Assembly: GCF_006345805.1 (NCBI RefSeq)
Contig: NC_043008.1
Location: 49,662,001 to 49,726,000, forward strand
Length of the DNA: 64,000 nt
From: Octopus sinensis
Lineage: Eukaryota
Reading direction: 5' to 3'
Below, in pieces: positions 60,791 through 64,000 of the stretch (its first letter is position 1; each line of letters starts with the position of its first letter). The notes beneath the pieces were generated by a model. That model worked only from the letters and a program-made list of their open reading frames with translations, was not told the origin of the DNA and searched no databases. Made by a program: the position numbers and the translations under genes.

Positions 60791-61543
60791 GTTCTTATTC
60801 ATTATGTCACATATATACTGATGTAGCTACCAGTTTCTAGTAATAGTTTCTATATATTCACAAGCACATATGCTGTTTTCCCAGCAACATGCAAGTTTAC
60901 ATATGTCTAGTTATAGATGTGAATAAATCATGTGATTAACAAACAGCCAGGGCATTACATATTGCTACAAGTGCAGTAGCTGTCTTTATTTCATGTATGG
61001 AAATACTCAAAATTTTGAGAATATCTTTTAAATTGAATTTAAGTTTACTGTTTATAAATTTCATGCCATAGATAGTATATAATCAGTTTTGTTTAATTAT
61101 TCATTTAATTTCATAGTCTTTTAATATTGTTGATTTGTTCTTGTTATTGTCATCATTATGATTGTGAACAACAAGTAGTTTCTAATAATTACATATCTAA
61201 AATTATTTTAAGATTTAATATTTAAATATGAAACAAAGATTAAAAAAACTGTAAAGATGTATCTATTGCTCCTTCCTATTGTCCCCTTGCCCCAGTGGCC
61301 ATATAAATTTTCACACACTTCAAGGTCAGTATCACCTACTTTGTGAAACACTGCCTCATTGTATTGAAACATGGGTGGTGAATGCAGAAGATTTTTATAG
61401 AGTAGAATGCTAACATTTACTCAAAAAGGTTTCCATTAAACAGGAATTTCTTGTGCAACATTAAATAATAAAAAAAGACTGGAAATAAAAATAAAGCATA
61501 TGAGAAGGATAAGTTGTGCAGAAATATGGAAGCATTAAATTAC

Positions 61544-61598
61544 CTGGACAGTCAAAATGATAATGTCTACAGACTAATCTGTTCTTTAGGACATTCTT
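61544..61598 (-). CDS. Probable upstream exon of the membrane protein (KNVLKNRLVCRHYHFDCP)
   Basis: ttttctctatattag acceptor and CAG|gtaatt donor, 55 nt, phase 0 to 1, two Cys. The phase fits the 55261 exon. Confidence 0.5.
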
Positions 61599-62744
61599 CT
61601 AATATAGAGAAAATAGTTTTAAATAATTTCAACCATTGTAATTTATGAATTAAAAAATTAACTTCTGTCAACTGGTTAATCAGGCTAGAGTAAACTATTC
61701 TATGCTGATGAGGTCTAATAGACTGAAATATGCCCATAGTTATCCTTTGTTTCAATTTTGGATGAGGTGCTCCTATATTATGTACATTAACTTTGAGTAT
61801 TCATCTAATTTTTTGAAATTATTTCACCTTTTCTTTGAATGTTATTAACAATTACTATAGAATTTTATTTTCTCTTCAGTTTAGTGTGAAATTTTCACTT
61901 AATTTAGAATATTCTACATGAAATTCAGTATATCATCTTTATAATTTATTTTATATAAATCCATGCCATGGGTCCATTTGTGTTATCAACCTTAGCTCAT
62001 ATTTTTTATTTAATTATAGAAAATATACCAGCCTAAAATTATTTGTAACTGTTTTTACATATTAAAAACATTGTAACTTGGAGTAACTAAGCTATACCAA
62101 TGCCTAACAGACAGAACACTCATCGTTGCACTTCTCACCTGCAAATTAGTTTGAAAAATTAATTCTAAATTTTAAAAAATGATCTCCCCTTTTCCTTGAG
62201 AGTTGCCAACAATTGCAACTAGATTTTCATTTTCTTCCCCTACATAAAAAGGAAATTTCAATTAATTAAGAATTGTTTGTATGCATCAGGTAGTGTATCA
62301 ACCCTTAGATTATACAATGTTTTAAACTCAGAACAATCTTTTTATATCCATTTTCATGTGTCAACATTGATTGGAAAAGTTGTCGAAAATTTCACTAATG
62401 ACATGTGATTGACTGGAGATATTGATTTTACTGCTGTTTTTCTTTCTTCTGCTGACTACACAACTGTGGATTGAACCACTAAATGTAGAATAATGTGTCT
62501 TTCCTAGGGATTGAATAGCAACAATAAAATTTGAACTGATAATATTGATCTTTGTTGTTGAGCATATTAATCTTACAATTATTATGCTTCTTTGGGTGTG
62601 GGTGTGTGGGGTGTGGAGGGATGTGGTCTGTGTGTGTGTGTGTGTGTGTATGTGTGTGTGCTGTATACATGGATTTTAAAGATGAATGCAAGAAAAAGAA
62701 AGAAAAAAGAAAAGAATAAAATCATTTTTAAAGGAAAATCTTAC

Positions 62745-62832
62745 ATCTTTCTAATTCAGAATCAACTGTTGAACAATCTGCCTGGCACTTAGCAACATAC
62801 ATTTCATGAAGATGGTGATTTTGAACAAATGC
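62745..62832 (-). CDS. Possible upstream exon of the membrane protein (AFVQNHHLHEMYVAKCQADCSTVDSELER)
   Basis: ttctgttttag acceptor and T|gtaaga donor, 88 nt, phase 0 to 1, open. The connecting phase 1-to-0 exon was not identified. Confidence 0.45.
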
Positions 62833-63629
62833 CTAAAACAGAATGATTCAGCAAAGTTAACAACAGAGCAATATTTAAAATAATTTGATGATGATGATAA
62901 CAATGGTGATCATGATGACTATCACGATGATGATGATCATCATTATCATCATCATGATCATGAGGTTATTCATGACAATGACAGTAAAACTTTTATAGTG
63001 TACAGCTTGTATTATGTTTCTCAATCCAAGATTGCTTTGAAGCTGTGTACACACACGTGCACACATTCATATATGAATATGTATACATATGTGTGTGTGT
63101 TTGTGTGTGTGTGTGCATGTGTGTGTATATGTGTGTACTCATGTATAAGTATTTATACACACACATATGCATGAATATACGTATATGTGTGTTAATGTTT
63201 CTCTATGTCTATGTTTATGTAAGGTCCTATATTTTTGTGTGCGTGTGTACATTGTTATGCAAGTATATGTATGTGCATATACATCTCTCTATATATATGT
63301 TTATGTATGTATATATATGTCCGGAGGTGGTTAGTGTTTGTATGTATGTGTGTATGTTTGTAATTAAACATTCCCTATTTAAACAGTGAATAACAAACTC
63401 TAAAATAACAGTTTGAAAACCACTTTTATCATTATCTGGTCACAGAAGCCTCCCTATAATTTTAGGCGCAGGTGTGGCTATGTGGTAAGAAGGTTGCTTC
63501 CCAACCACATGGTTCTGGGTTCAGTCCCACTGTGTGGCATCTTGGGCAAGTGTCTTCTACTATAGCCGAGGGCTGACCAAATGTTTGTTTGTGGATCTGG
63601 TGGACAAAAACTGGTATAAGTCTGTCATG

Positions 63630-63660
<31 letters not shown>

Positions 63661-63679
63661 TATATATATATAGATATAG

Positions 63680-63743
<64 letters not shown>

Positions 63744-63861
63744 ATATATATATATATTTGCGGATCTGGTAGACAAAAACTGGAATAAGTCCGTCATGTA
63801 TATATATATATATATACATGTATATATATATACATGTATATATATATATATATACATACAT

Positions 63862-63897
<36 letters not shown>

Positions 63898-64000
63898 CTT
63901 ATTATAAAAGGCAGATTTTATCTGCCTCCCTTTGTAACTTATAGAAATCTACAATATAGGATTTCTTCAATTACAATTTAGTTAGCATTTTTAAGAGTAG

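Overview
This is AT-rich, repeat-dense animal genomic DNA. The SINE/RTE repertoire, (GAT)n tails and microsatellite load look like Octopus; that is inferred from recalled repeat families, not from a search. Two spliced minus-strand host genes can be rebuilt by hand, and the ORF track only catches fragments of them. (1) A ZMYND15/MSS51-family MYND zinc-finger gene with 9 phase-consistent exons at 855-13199; its 3' end lies outside the window. (2) An uncharacterised single-pass type I membrane protein with at least 10 exons from 38187 to about 61.6-62.8 kb, built from tandem two-exon ~100-aa extracellular modules, a TM exon and a Tyr-motif tail. Between them lie an intact Merlin/ISXO2-like transposase ORF whose first catalytic Asp is Ala (candidate domesticated gene, head-to-head with the ZMYND15-like gene), two identical convergent tRNA-Leu(AAG) genes, R4/Dong-like LINE pieces at microsatellites, and a CpG-rich 23-29 kb region with local duplications and MITEs. 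Other mobile DNA includes many RTE LINE copies carrying a PHD-type finger inside the RT and a young CR1-clade LINE whose ORF1/ORF2 junction has a G-GGA-AAC slippery site plus a perfect 15-bp hairpin. Mariner/Tc1 relics, piggyBac-like MITEs, two long palindromes and a 2.9-kb CACG/CACT satellite are also present. There are no CRISPR, rRNA or prokaryotic features.
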